Source of the DNA: Blastocystis sp. Blastoise
Taxonomy: Eukaryota; Protista; Bigyra: Opalinata
Direction: 5' to 3'
Assembly: GCA_039096225.1 (NCBI GenBank)
Contig: JBBPEB010000025.1
Coordinates: forward strand, 558,001 to 622,000
DNA: 64,000 nt
Shown piece by piece: positions 30,491-43,632 of the stretch (position 1 is the first letter of the stretch; every line of letters starts with the position of its first letter). A program made the translations under genes and the position numbers. The notes below the pieces were generated by a model. It did no database searches. It was not told the DNA's origin and worked only from the letters and a program-made list of their open reading frames with translations.

Positions 30491-30887
30491 TTTCAGAAAG
30501 ACCCATAGCAGCACGAAGACCAGCACCACCAGCACCTACAACAACACAATCATATTCGTGATCAACTATATATATATTTATTTATTATTTATTATTTATT
30601 TTAATAAAATTATTTATTCTAATAAAATTATTTATTTTATATAATTAATTAATTATTAATAAAATAAATATTAATATTAAAAATAAAAAAAATAAATAAA
30701 TTAAATTAAATTAAAAAAAAAAATCTTTTTATATAATCTATCTACCTATAGGATAAGCTTGAGATAAATCTTTAGTTATTTTAGCATCAGAAGTAGAACC
30801 AATAACCTTAGAACAAGGAAGAGTAGAAGAATAGGCACGAACAAAAATGCTAGATGCCTTTGAGACTGAACGGAGATTTGCAAGCAT
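28441..30887 (-). CDS. SDHA: Succinate dehydrogenase/fumarate reductase flavoprotein, copy 1 (4 introns: 30566-30745, 30434-30488, 30296-30340, 29869-30109)
   Basis: Presequence-like [21 protein letters not shown]; [13 protein letters not shown]; [10 protein letters not shown] (covalent FAD His); QFHPTG; HYNMGG; [11 protein letters not shown]; C-terminal PPKKRVY. Confidence 0.96.
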
Positions 30888-31810
30888 ACTATACAATTTA
30901 TTTTATATTATTCATTTTCTATATATATACTTTATATAATATTGCAAAATGCTTTCAAGTGACAAAAAGTATAATGATTTGTAAAAGAACCAAACAAACA
31001 AATACACTTCACTTTCAATTTTATGTATAGTCATCTATTATTTATCTTTGATTATCATATATTTTTATCTACTCTTTTTTTGTATTCCTTTTTATTATCC
31101 TTTTTATTCCCATTATTATTTTTCTTTTCTTTTCATTCTCTTTCTCATTTTCCACGATTCTTTATTTTATCTTCCATTTACTCTTTTTTTTTTTTATTAT
31201 TATTTCATTTCTTTTTTTTCGATCATTCTTTTCCCTTTTTCCACAATTATTTTTTATCTAAATTTTTTTCTTTTATTCTTAATTATTTTTTTTTATTAAC
31301 TATCGCAAAATATTTTTTTAACTATTTATAAAATGAACCTTTGCTATTGACGCTAAATATATATTTTAAAATCGATCATTTACTTATATAATCTTATATA
31401 TATATTTTTATTTTAATAATTCGAAATTCATAGCATTTATTATATAAATATCAAACTGAAAGAACCCATTTTCATGAGTATGTTATTTTTCTTTCAAAAA
31501 ATTTAAATGTGTTTATTTGCATATTCGAAACTTTATATTATGATAGATCATATTAGTTCACTATTTTTAAGCACAATCGTATATTAACATATGTTAGCGA
31601 TAATTCAAATATTATATAAACTGGATAAACACAAAATCCAAAAAAATTGACATAATCGTTTAAATATCTATTTTTATCGGCTGTTTACATGAATTCCCAT
31701 ATTTCAAATTTTGTTAAAGTTATTTTTTTTAATGAATTCTAGTCTGTTTCTGTCTATCTTAATTGTATAGTTATACTTTACAAACATTTAAGTAAACAAT
31801 TTAACTAGAT

Positions 31811-34800
31811 ATGAGAATTATTATTTTGCATCTATTCTTCCTATTACTGGTTCATTTCTGTATGTGTTTTTTTTATTAAACTATAATTATCTTCTTAGGC
31901 TATTCAGATTGTTTAAATGGACAAATAGAACTTAAAATAAGAAGAGTTTTTGCGAGTACGCCACTTCAAGAATCATGGAAGATTTATGAAAATTCTGTAG
32001 TAGATCTAAACTTGATATATGAAGGGCAAGGATCAGAATCAGATGGTCAAAATAGTCAACGTACAGAAGCAACATGCGTTTCATTGGATACAACATACAT
32101 TCTTGTTTTAATAGATACGTAAGTGTTTGAATAAAAAAATGTTGAATTTATACGTTACTAGTTTCAAATCAGTTTTATTCTAATAAATCTAATTAAAATG
32201 AAATTATATATATAGAAATGGTGATGGTTGGGGTGGTTTTTCTGGTAATAAAGCTTTGATATCTCTTGAAGTTGATGGTTTTGAAATCCTGTCTACGACT
32301 CTACCATTCGAAACTGGTAATTCTAAAGGAAGACTTACACAAAAATTTATGAGTATAGTTTATAATATATATATTTCGTGATTCACTTTAAAAATCCTAT
32401 GAATAAAGTTCTTTGATACATAATATTTTATATATAGTAACGTTGCCTATATTACCTACTTCTGCAATTAAATATACCAACGGTGCTCAAACAACATCTG
32501 ATTGGACTATTCCTAGTTTTGATGATTCTGGTTGGTTAACAGGTACACCCGGTCAAATACCTGATGTCACTCAAATTACTCGTTATTATAGAACAAGTGC
32601 TACTATTACAGATTTAGATCTTTATTACGTTCTTTATCTTGGTATATATACTTCACAAGGTATTGTTGTCTATGTAAATGGAATCGAAATATTAAGATAT
32701 TATATGACCTCGTATATATATATATATATCATATTCTATATGATTAGCTACTTGTGTATGAAATAAATTATTTTATGAAAAAATATAAATATATAAATTA
32801 TTATACGACTAGTTGTTATATATATTCTCATTATTCTATTACTGTTGAATCTATAGAGATACTATAACAGCTACAACACAGGCATTGACTACTGATGAAG
32901 ACTCAAATTATAGAAAGTATATATATAAATATACATTTTTTATATTAATATTTTGATTTTTTAATATTCACTACATATTATCTTTGTATTACAATTTCTA
33001 TAAATATATTAAGCTTTATTTATTGTATTAATGATTATATATATATAGAATAAGTATTCCTGTTCGTGCTATACGTTCTACTACTTCTCCTAATCAGGTT
33101 GTAATTGCTGTCGAAATTCACGGGAAAGCGTCAGAATCAAATCGATGGGATGATACACATATATTATTATATAAACCACTCTATTCTGGTATACTGATTC
33201 ATTAATTATTTAAATATTAATTTATATATATATATATATTTAATTTGTTTTTTATTATATTTTTTTTTAAATTTCTATGTGCTAAGAAAATAACTTGAAT
33301 ATATATATATATATAGAATCTGATATTTTTAATGTTGGTGGTGATACTCTCTGTTCTCCTACTACTACAAAATGTCAGGAGAGTATAGATACAGTATCCT
33401 CGAATCAAGTTATTAATAATAATCTCGATGGTGATCCTTTTACTCTTACTGTCTCTATGCCACAATTCAGGTATATATACATATATTTATATATCTATGT
33501 TTATATTTATATTTATTTATATTTATATACATATATTTATATACATATATTTATATTTATATACATATATTTATATTTATATGTTTACATTTCTATTAAA
33601 AGCCTCAAATATACAGTACACTTAAATTATATAAATACATTATATATATATAGATTTACCTTTTTGAATCGATATTCTATAATATCCTCCGGTAATCCTG
33701 AATTGATGGATCCTTATGAATGGACTTTATATGGTTCTAACGATGGTACTCACTGGATATTTCTTGATTTTGTTACTGATGTTATATTTAGTCAACGAAA
33801 AACAGTGTATAATTATGATTTGAAATCAAATAAAAAACCATATTCGAAATATAAATGGGTTGTTAGTATGATTATTTAATAACCTTTATTATTTTATACA
33901 TTAAATATTATATAGATATATATATGTATATAATAATCTAAATGATTACTATTTTATAGGTAAAACAAATAATGATTTAGATAGTATATCTTATAGTGGA
34001 ATAAACTTTTATTCTTATGATCAAGAACTTCTTTCTTCTGGTCTTCATTATAGTAAAACATATTTCTCTTATATACAGAGAGATCATATTGAATTATCTC
34101 CAACATCAAATGGATTTATTACTTTTAGTTGTACTGATATTCCCACGGGACTGAGTATTACTAGTACTACCGGTAAGATTGTAGGTAGTCTTATAGACAA
34201 TGGAAACTATACTCTTTCTGTATCTGCTACTGATGCCCTCTCTATGACTGTATTTCAAACTACTCTTACTATTTCTATTAGTGGTATCTATATTATGTAT
34301 TTTTCACTATTATATTATTACTATTTATCTAAATAATTGTTATTTAATGTTTTTTTAAATTTATTTCATTTCTTTTTAAACTATTCTATGTTTTATTATG
34401 TATATATATATTTAAATTTTGTTTACTTTAATTAATGACATAACAATTTCTTCAGTAATATCACTAATTCTAATATATACATATATATAGATTGTTCTCA
34501 GCCTGATATGTCACGTCTTCTTATTTCTCCTGTTGTTGCTAAAGTATCTTCAGTAGTCTTTTCATTATATAATATTGAAAATGATTCTTTGTATTACACA
34601 TTTAATGAAGAAGATTATAATATAGATGGTGATTATTATATGTGTATTCCAGCAGCTCTTTATAAAATGAACATTCAAATTGAAAGAAATCTAGCTATTA
34701 CCGATCATTATTTCTTTACTGTTAATTTATTAAATACAAATAATGTACAATTTCAGTTATTAATAGTGCCTGCATTTGCTACTCGACAATATAATTATAC

Positions 34801-37800
34801 AATTAACACACAAATGAAATTATTTAGTGGAATGACCTGGAAAACATCTTATGATATTCCCGCGATTAATAGTAATACATGGATGCAGAATACATATGAT
34901 ATATCTGACTGGACAGATTATTCTTCTTATACCTCAAGTGTTGTTTCAAATCATATCCAACTCTATAGAAATACATTCACTTTAACATCTATATCAAATA
35001 TACAAGGTATTTCTTGTAGTGTCAATATTCGTTATGGAGCTATTATATATATAAATGAGGAACGTCTTCATACTTATAATTATGCAGATACAGAGCCATT
35101 AACAATTGAAAGTATACCAAGTCGGTCTGAAACCTCTTATTTTTATCATTCTTTTACTGCTCCTATTGATTGCTTAAATGCAAATGGTATAAATACAATA
35201 TCAATTGCTATTATCAGTAGTACTTCAACTCCAGTTGCTCAACAAACATTCGACTGTTTATTTGTTTTATTAGCTTCTTCTTCTGAAATGACTCGAATCT
35301 TTGACGCGTCCAGTGGAGCCAATAGAAATCACCTTGGATATCCTCCTTCAAATCTATTTGATTATGATTTTAATACTTATTGGTCTGCTGAATATATTAC
35401 TGGATCTTCAAAAGCTATTATATATATTTATATAAAGAACCAACGATATGAATATATTAATAAGTATTGCTTAGTAAGTAGTGTTATTCCTGAAAAGAAT
35501 GATCCTTTAGGTTGGAATGTACTTGGATCACAAGGTATATATACAAATCCATTAGAAAATCAATATCAAGAAACATCTACTAAAAATCTTGGCTTTCGAA
35601 ATAGTATCTATTGGGAAGAACGTGGTCAACGACGTTGTTTCTATATTACTAATAATCCTGATCAATATAATCGATATACATTTGAATTTTTAGGAATACG
35701 AAATGAAGATTCAGAAACTAGTATTGCTCTTTCACAAATAGAATTATATTTAGAGGATTTATCTCATATAAATTATCCATCCTTTGCTTTTACTAGAACT
35801 AATATTCAAGCTATAAAATCATTAGTATTTCCTACAATATATTGTACTTCTCCTTATTATCAGAATTTCACAATTACTCCTCGTCTTCCTACTACCTTAT
35901 CTATGGATAGTTCTAATGGTTATATAACAGGTATACCTTTAACTACACAAGAAAGAGTTACATATACTGTATATGCATATAGATTAAATGGATCTATTGC
36001 TTCTACTTATATTTCTATTACTATTAGTGATTGTATATCTCCTAATATATATATTACTATGGCAATATTCTTAGATGGAGAAACATCAGAACAAGGATGG
36101 TCTTTTGAAAATGCATTAACACATGATATTGTTGCAAATCGTAATGGAGGATTAGCAGAAACAGTAGAAACCTTTTATTATTGTATTCCACGTGCGTTAT
36201 ATACAATGACATTACGTCATACATCAACAAGTGGTTGGGGTAATGGATATTTCCGAGTAATTGGCCAATCAAATATGGTTTTATATACAGGAACATTACC
36301 ACGTGGATTAACAACACAATCATTTTCTGTGAATTTACATTATTTATTTATTCCTACATTAGATTCATGGACATTTGCTTTAGATGTACGTAATATTGAT
36401 AGTGATTGGATACAACCAAGTTATAATAAACAAGAAGGATGGCAAAATGGATCTCTTCCAGATCGTATTAACTCACTTACTCAATTCTATAGAACTAAAT
36501 TTGCTGTTGCTATTAATGATCCTCAATTTGCAGGTTTAGAATTTATGGTTATTGCTGTAGCAGGTATGGTAGTATATGTTAATGGTCACATGGTATATCA
36601 CGTGCGAATGCCAGCGGATGAATCATGGACGATTACAACACAAGCAACAAATGCTCTATCATCCGCTGTACAACATTATATAACTGTTAGTATAGAAGAG
36701 AATGAATTAACAGCTACAGGAAATGTTTTTGCTGTAGAAATCCATCAAACAGATGTTGGTGAAGAAGGTAATTGTTTTAATGGTCATATTCGATATGTAT
36801 ATGATTGGGAATATCGTGTAATAAATGGTGTAGCAAGTAGTGATATTCTTGTAGAAGGAGATTATGGTATAGATAAGTTATTTGATAATAATTATATTAC
36901 TAAGACAGTTAGTGGAAGTCGATGTGCACGTGCTCAGTACAAATGGTGGTATAGTGATAATCGAGTAGATTTCGTAACAGGATACAAATTAACTAATGGT
37001 GATAATTGTAATCAGAATCATCCTTCAGGTTGGAGAGTTGAAGCAAGTAATGATAATACACATTGGGATATACTTCATAGAGTACATAATGTAACATGGG
37101 ATAGTTATACACAAACAAAACAATATTCTATTGTTACTAATAAATCATATAAGATGTATCAATTATATATTTTAGAATGTAAAAATGATCCATTACCTGA
37201 TTCACAAATGGAATCATGTGATCCTGGAATACAATTAAGTGAATTTGAATTATTTAGTCATCGAGTAGAAGCTTCTTGTGATCAATTAGATTCTTTTGTT
37301 GCTGTTATTAATAATACTTATAGTTATAGTGATTGTAATCATTGTTATCAAGGATATAGACGTCGATTCTGCTTAAATGGAGTATTTCAAGATATTGAAA
37401 CTTTCTGTACACTCGCTGAACCCTCTATATTAACATATCCACTTACAGATAATGTTATTTATATTAATATGCCTAATGAGATAGGACCTCCTAGTACTGA
37501 TGCTTGTGAAATGACTTATAATATTACAGAAGGTCTACCTACAGGATTCAGCTTAGATTATTCAACAGGAAAGATTAGTGGTACTTCAGAATATCCATTC
37601 CCTCGTACATCTTTCACTGTTTGTGGTACAAATATAAAAGGATCTATTTGTACTACTATTACTATTCAATTAAAAGAAGGTATTTGTGCTGCAGAACCTG
37701 GTTGGCCAAGTATTAAAAATGGAGGTACTTATAGTATTGCTTGTGAAAACCCTCTTTTATATTCAGGTAGTATTGTACGTTCTTGTACGGTTAAGAATGG

Positions 37801-39840
37801 AACTGTTATGTGGACAGAAGCACAAATCGAATGTTATTTACGTACTCCTACAATTAGTTATTCTCCTTCTTCTTATGAATTAACATATAATCAGAGAATC
37901 GAATCAATATATCCTATAGTGAATGGTAATAATATTACTTCCTATACTATACAACCTGATTTACTATCTGGATTAGCTATTGATCCTGATACAGGTGTAA
38001 TCTCCGGTACTCCTAATGTATATGGTTCTACTACTTATACTATTATTCTTAATTGGATTGGAGGAATGGTTACTACTACTCTTTCTCTTATTGTATATTC
38101 AGGATCGACTTGTTTAAGTGAAGACAATTGGTTACAAACTAAAACTGGATATACTTGTCACATTCCATGTGAGAATCCATTATTATACTCTGGAAGTATG
38201 TCACGTTCATGCACAGGTTCAGGAACATGGTCATCTATAGTTAATGGATGTGTATTAGGAAAACCAATAATAAAATATGAACGAGATATTAATGCTTATA
38301 CTGGTTATCAAATTCCAAAATTAAAAGCTTTTATTGTTGCTGAAGATGGATATACTGTTTCTATATCTCCTTATTTTAATCATACATTATATTTCAATCA
38401 AATGACTGGAGATATTTCAGGTACAACTTCTTCTTTAGTAGATCAATCTTATACTCTTTCTGTAAGTAATAGTGCAGGTAGTAGTAATGCAATAGTACAT
38501 ATAAAGTTGATAGAACCACGTTGTCCAAGAGATGGTTTATGGGAATCTGCTAGAAGTGGAGAAAGTAAATATATTAATTGTGATGATCAAGTGAATTATT
38601 CTGGATATAAATCCAGATATTGTCATTTTATTACTCAACCAATATGGAATGATGTTGTAGATAATTGTGTTCTTAATATACCCACTATTCGATTTAGTCA
38701 AACTTCTTATAAGATTTATAAGAATTTAAATATATCTCCAATAACTCCTATTGTTACTGGTTTACAAATAACTCGTTTTTATTTAGATCGTGATATAGTA
38801 ACAAATTTAATAGTAAATGCAACTAGTGGTACTATTACTGGGTCTGCTTCTAAAGATGGTAAATATGAATATAAAATGTTTGTATCCAATCCAACAGGGT
38901 CTAGTTCTGCTACATTTAACCTTGAAATTGTTACTTTAAAATGTGATGTTTCAGGAACATGGGCTGCAACAGATATTAATAGTTATCGATATGCTTCTTG
39001 TCCTGATGGATTATTTGGATCGAAGAAACGATACTGTTTATATGATGGATCATTAGCTACATGGCAAGATGAAAATTTTGATGGTTGTTATAATCAACAA
39101 GAAAAAGGATCTATTGGATTTGGACAATTATTAATTTCTTTCCCTATTATTGTATATAGTTGTTGTTTATTTATTATTTTTTATTAATTAGTTTTATATA
39201 TTTATATAATTATTTTTTTTTATATACTATAATTTATATATATATAATATATATATTTTTTAACTATAACATATAAATATATATATTTTTTAACTATAAC
39301 ATATAATATAACATATAACATATAATATATAATATTCTTTTGTTTTAGGTTGTTGGTTTGAAAGAAGCTCAGATGGCTAGTCCTGCTTCCTTAGAAATAT
39401 ATAGATTGACTCTTTTTGAGTTAGTAAAGAATTATATTGCTTCCAATACAGATCTATATATATCTTCTATTCAAACTCAATTGTCTATTGATAATAATGA
39501 AATAGTTGTATATACATCTATGGTCGTCCCCCGTTCTTATAATAATGAAGTTATTGATATTATTACAAGTAAAGTTACAAGTGGTGAATTATTAAGTATT
39601 TTAATAAGTACTGGAGATACACGTTTAGTGTCTATTGATGACATTCAATTAAATAAGGATGCAATCACTACAAAAGATCTTATGATCTATGTATATATAG
39701 CTATTACTGTAGTTGTCATCATTATTATTGGTATCATTATTGGTATTCTCTTATATAAGCGAGCTACAAGAGTACAAATAGTAAGAAAAGTGAATGTTGT
39801 AAAGTTCTTTGATGGAGATAACAACTATGCTTTCAATTAA
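31811..39840 (+). CDS. Large type-I membrane surface protein, paralog 1 (galactose-binding/F5-8C-like, He_PIG Ig-like and Cys-rich repeats); ~11 exons
   Basis: Signal peptide MRIIILHLFFLLLVHF; W.L.GSNDG.HW discoidin-like motifs; LP.GLS.D..TG.ISGTP Ig repeats; five C..W..T..G..C..R.C..W..C modules; TM IYVYIAITVVVIIIIGIIIGILLY; TAA 39840. Confidence 0.85.
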
Positions 39841-41352
39841 TCTTTTTTCATCTCTATTTTATTGGATACTATTCAATATAGTATTATCATTTATTTATAT
39901 CTTTTTATTTTATCCTCATTTATTTTTGTAGATATTTATATATTATTATGAATACTATGTATCTATCATATTCTATATTTTATATCTATTCTCTTCTTTT
40001 CGTATATGTTTTCAAATCAATTTTTTTTTAAATTTTATTGTATTCTATTTTTATTATATATTCTTCTTTTCTATTCTAAACAAGTATCTACTATTCAAAC
40101 TCAATATATATCTTTTTTTTATTCATATTAATAATTATATTCTATATACTTTTTGTATCTGTATATTTTAATGTTTTTTAAAAACGAAATCTTTTTTATT
40201 TTAATATATTTCTTTTGCCTCTTTGTTACCCATACCTTAAATGTCTTTCTATACTTATTGTTCCTATTTGATTTGTTTTCATTTTTCAGTTTTCTATAAT
40301 ATATATATATATATTGAGGTTCTTTCTTATTTATTACATATCTAATTTCTACTCTTATTTTATAGGCATATTTATATATATATATCGTTTTTTTACGTAT
40401 ATGTTGTTAATAATTCTTTTCATATGCGTTTTTTTCTCTTTTTCTATATAACACTCTAGATCTATTGGTTTGCTAATAGTATTTTTCAATGTTTTTCTAT
40501 TCATATTATTGTTTTGTTCAGTACTATGCTATTTTTTCATGAACAAGCTTTAAAAAATATTTTTATTAAATGTATTCAACTAAGACTTTTATAAAGTAGT
40601 GAATAAAAGTAGGATTCTAAAAAAAGGATTATTATAATAAATAAATTATTAAACTATTCATTTTGACTTGTTTTCCCATTTTTTAAATATGGAATAATAC
40701 TGGTACATTGTCTCTTGGCTATCTCCATTGTTTTATCACATATTTATATTAAAAACAAATGAGAAACTACGAATTTGTTTCTCAAGCTATATAATCTATT
40801 TCTTGGGTTATTGAAGCATGATATATGATCTTATTTAGCAACAGTACATTGATCAACAAGGAGATTAAAAAAGAATGCTCCAAATTGTGTTAAATGAAAC
40901 AGAGAATTCGAAACAATTCTCTGTTCAGTTTAGAGTACCGGATAATACAACGCTATATTCTATATATAAAACCGACAGAATATTTAGAAGACTTATACTA
41001 ACAGCAAATAGAGAGAAAAAAGAGAATATTAGATTTATTTTCGCCACTTTGATGCGTCATCAGTGACAAATGAAATGAATTTCCAGTTTCTCCATAAATT
41101 GAGATTGCTGAAACACATTTTATGACACATATAAATAAAAGAGAGTTATCATGATGATGCAGAAGATCACAATTCATAAACCAATAATAAACAACGAAAA
41201 GAAATCATAGAAGTATGTCTAAGATGTTCGACCACTATTGTCGAAGAATAAGTCAGTAAGGGAAGATCTCGTTAGGGTTTTCTTTTATATTTTTTTGAAT
41301 TCTTTCATTGAATTATAATTCATATTTTTTTTGTTATTAATCAAAGAAATAA

Positions 41353-42573
41353 ATGAAGATTTGTGTATTGTTACTGTTAGTATTAAGTCTTAACATCGCT
41401 TTTGCTGATAAATGGGCTGTTTTAGTTGCTGGTTCCGAAGGCTACTGGAACTACAGACACCAAGCTGATATCGCGCACGCCTATCGTATCCTTATTAACA
41501 ACGGTTATAAACCTGAACACGTTATTGTTTTTGCTAATAATGATGTTCCTACATCTGAAGATAATCCCATTCCTGGTACTCTTTACAATAAGCCTGGTAA
41601 TAATTCAATCAATTACAATGAAGATTATGTCGTTGATTATCAAGGAAAAGATGTTAATACTGCCAATTATATTAAAGTATTGACTGGTGATGAATCTGCT
41701 GGAGGTAAAGTCTTAAAATCTACTGAAGAAGATACTATTTTCCTTGTATATTCTGATCATGGTGGTCCAGAAGTCGTTGGTTTCGTAAATGATAATTTAT
41801 TACGTGAAGATTTAGAAGGAGCCTTTAAGGTTATGAAGGAAAAGAAAATGTTTAAGAAGATTGTTTATTATTTAGAAGCTTGTTATTCAGGTACTATGTT
41901 TAATGACTCACCTACTGATTCCGGTATTTATGCTTTAACTGCTGCTAATACTGATGAATCTTCTTGGGGTTATTATTGTAGTGATGCTGTTGTTAATGGA
42001 GTTGAATTTGATACTTGTCTTGGTGATGAATTCTCTATTCAATGGATGGAAAACGTTGATGAAGGTGATCTTACTCAGACTTTCAAGGAACATGCTGAAT
42101 TAATTACTGCTAAAACATTAAGATCTCATGTATCTCGTTATGGTGATTTATCTTTTGAAAATCTTCCCATTTCTGAAGTTATTACTGGTGATCTTGCTAC
42201 TGTCAAGAATGGTAAGAAGATTGCTCAAGAAAAGATTGAAGGTGTTCGTGGTGATATTTACTTAAATAAACTTAATTATCTTAGACGTAAGATGGAAAAA
42301 TCTAATGATTCTCAAGCTGAAAAGGAATACAATCACGAATTAGAACTTATTCAAAAGATTGATACTTATTTTGGTACTCTTAAAACATCTTTTAAGAATA
42401 TTCAAAAAATATCTTTCTCTCCTTTCAGAGGCCATCTTAAGAACACAAAGTGCTATAGACAAAGTATTGATGAAGTTAACAATAAATTTGAACATAGCGA
42501 TTATTTATTCAAATATTATGAAGTTTTATATCTTGCTTGCAATGAATATTCTGATGCCTATCTCTACTTATAA
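41353..42573 (+). CDS. LGMN: Legumain (asparaginyl endopeptidase, peptidase C13), secreted, intronless
   Basis: Signal peptide; WAVLVAGS..NYRHQAD; catalytic dyad YSDHGG and LEACYSG; CLGDEFS; SHVSRYGD. Confidence 0.95.
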   Translation: MKICVLLLLVLSLNIAFADKWAVLVAGSEGYWNYRHQADIAHAYRILINNGYKPEHVIVFANNDVPTSEDNPIPGTLYNKPGNNSINYNEDYVVDYQGKDVNTANYIKVLTGDESAGGKVLKSTEEDTIFLVYSDHGGPEVVGFVNDNLLREDLEGAFKVMKEKKMFKKIVYYLEACYSGTMFNDSPTDSGIYALTAANTDESSWGYYCSDAVVNGVEFDTCLGDEFSIQWMENVDEGDLTQTFKEHAELITAKTLRSHVSRYGDLSFENLPISEVITGDLATVKNGKKIAQEKIEGVRGDIYLNKLNYLRRKMEKSNDSQAEKEYNHELELIQKIDTYFGTLKTSFKNIQKISFSPFRGHLKNTKCYRQSIDEVNNKFEHSDYLFKYYEVLYLACNEYSDAYLYL

Positions 42574-43632
42574 ATATATAAAGAATTGTCCACTATTTAT
42601 CTAGAAATAATTTTTAAATTATTCTTTAGTAAAAAATTGTTTTGTTTGTAATTAATTAATTTAAACAATTTATAAATATGCACAAAAAACACTTTTAGAT
42701 ATTTTAAATATTTTTAGCACAAATTACATATATAGAAAAGAAATGAAGAATATACAAAGTACTCAAAAAGTGTAATTAGTGAATAAAATGCAGTTTTACT
42801 TATCTAATAAAAAGGGATGATACAAAATTTATAAGGTTATGATACATAGCATAATTTATATCATTATTAGCCGATTTTACAAATAAAGAAACAAGAATCA
42901 TCCACAATACTTAATAGATTCATTAAATTATAATTAATGCTGCAAATAAATGTAAAAATAAAAGACATAGCATTCGAATAAACTTATAAATATATATATA
43001 ACTTCAATAATGAAAACTATAATAAGCATTTCTATAAAATAACGACTATGAAGATGTTCTATATCGAATTATATAATATAAGGTAAAGAATTGTGCCATT
43101 AATTATACTTTCGTCATACGCAAATACAATTAACTAAAATACTTTCAAAAATTATACACTGATATAGATTCAATACATCTTTCATAATGCAGATAAACTA
43201 ATAATTTATTCATCTATCAAAAAAATACAAAAACTACAAAAAAAAAATTAAGAATAAAAAATAAATATTTAGATAAAAAATAATTGTGGAAAAAGGGAAA
43301 AGAATGATCGAAAAAATAATAATAATAAAAAAAAAAGAGTAAATGGAAGAGAAAATAAAGAATCGTGGAAAATAAGAAAGAGAATGAAAAGAAAAGAAAA
43401 ATAATAATGGGAATAAAAAGGATAATAAAAAGGAATACAAAAAAAGAGTAGATAAAAATATATGATAATCAAAGATAAATAATAGATGACTATACATAAA
43501 ATTGAAAGTGAAGTGTATTTGTTTGTTTGGTTCTTTTACAAATCATTATACTTTTTGTCACTTGAAAGCATTTTGCAATATTATATAAAGTATATATATA
43601 GAAAATGAATAATATAAAATAAATTGTATAGT

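Larger units (their letters stand above)
27697..31284. repeat. Left arm of ~3.5 kb inverted segmental duplication (partner ~43245..46695)
   Basis: The reverse complement matches the right arm across promoter, SDHA, intergenic DNA and micro-gene. Homology ends at 27697/46695 and near 31284/43245. Confidence 0.95.

Noticed and set aside
31023-31331. Phe/Leu/Ile-rich ORFs conserved in both arms (also 43234..43497)
   Set aside because: Translations of the T-rich strand of the SDHA upstream region; the copies differ by indels and the ORFs end differently.
40875-41066. 63-aa ORF upstream of legumain
   Set aside because: No recognisable homology or codon bias, and it overlaps probable promoter motifs.
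41353-42573. GPI8 transamidase or peptide-ligase-type C13 enzyme
   Set aside because: No C-terminal TM; HGGP and SWGYYC match protease-type legumains.
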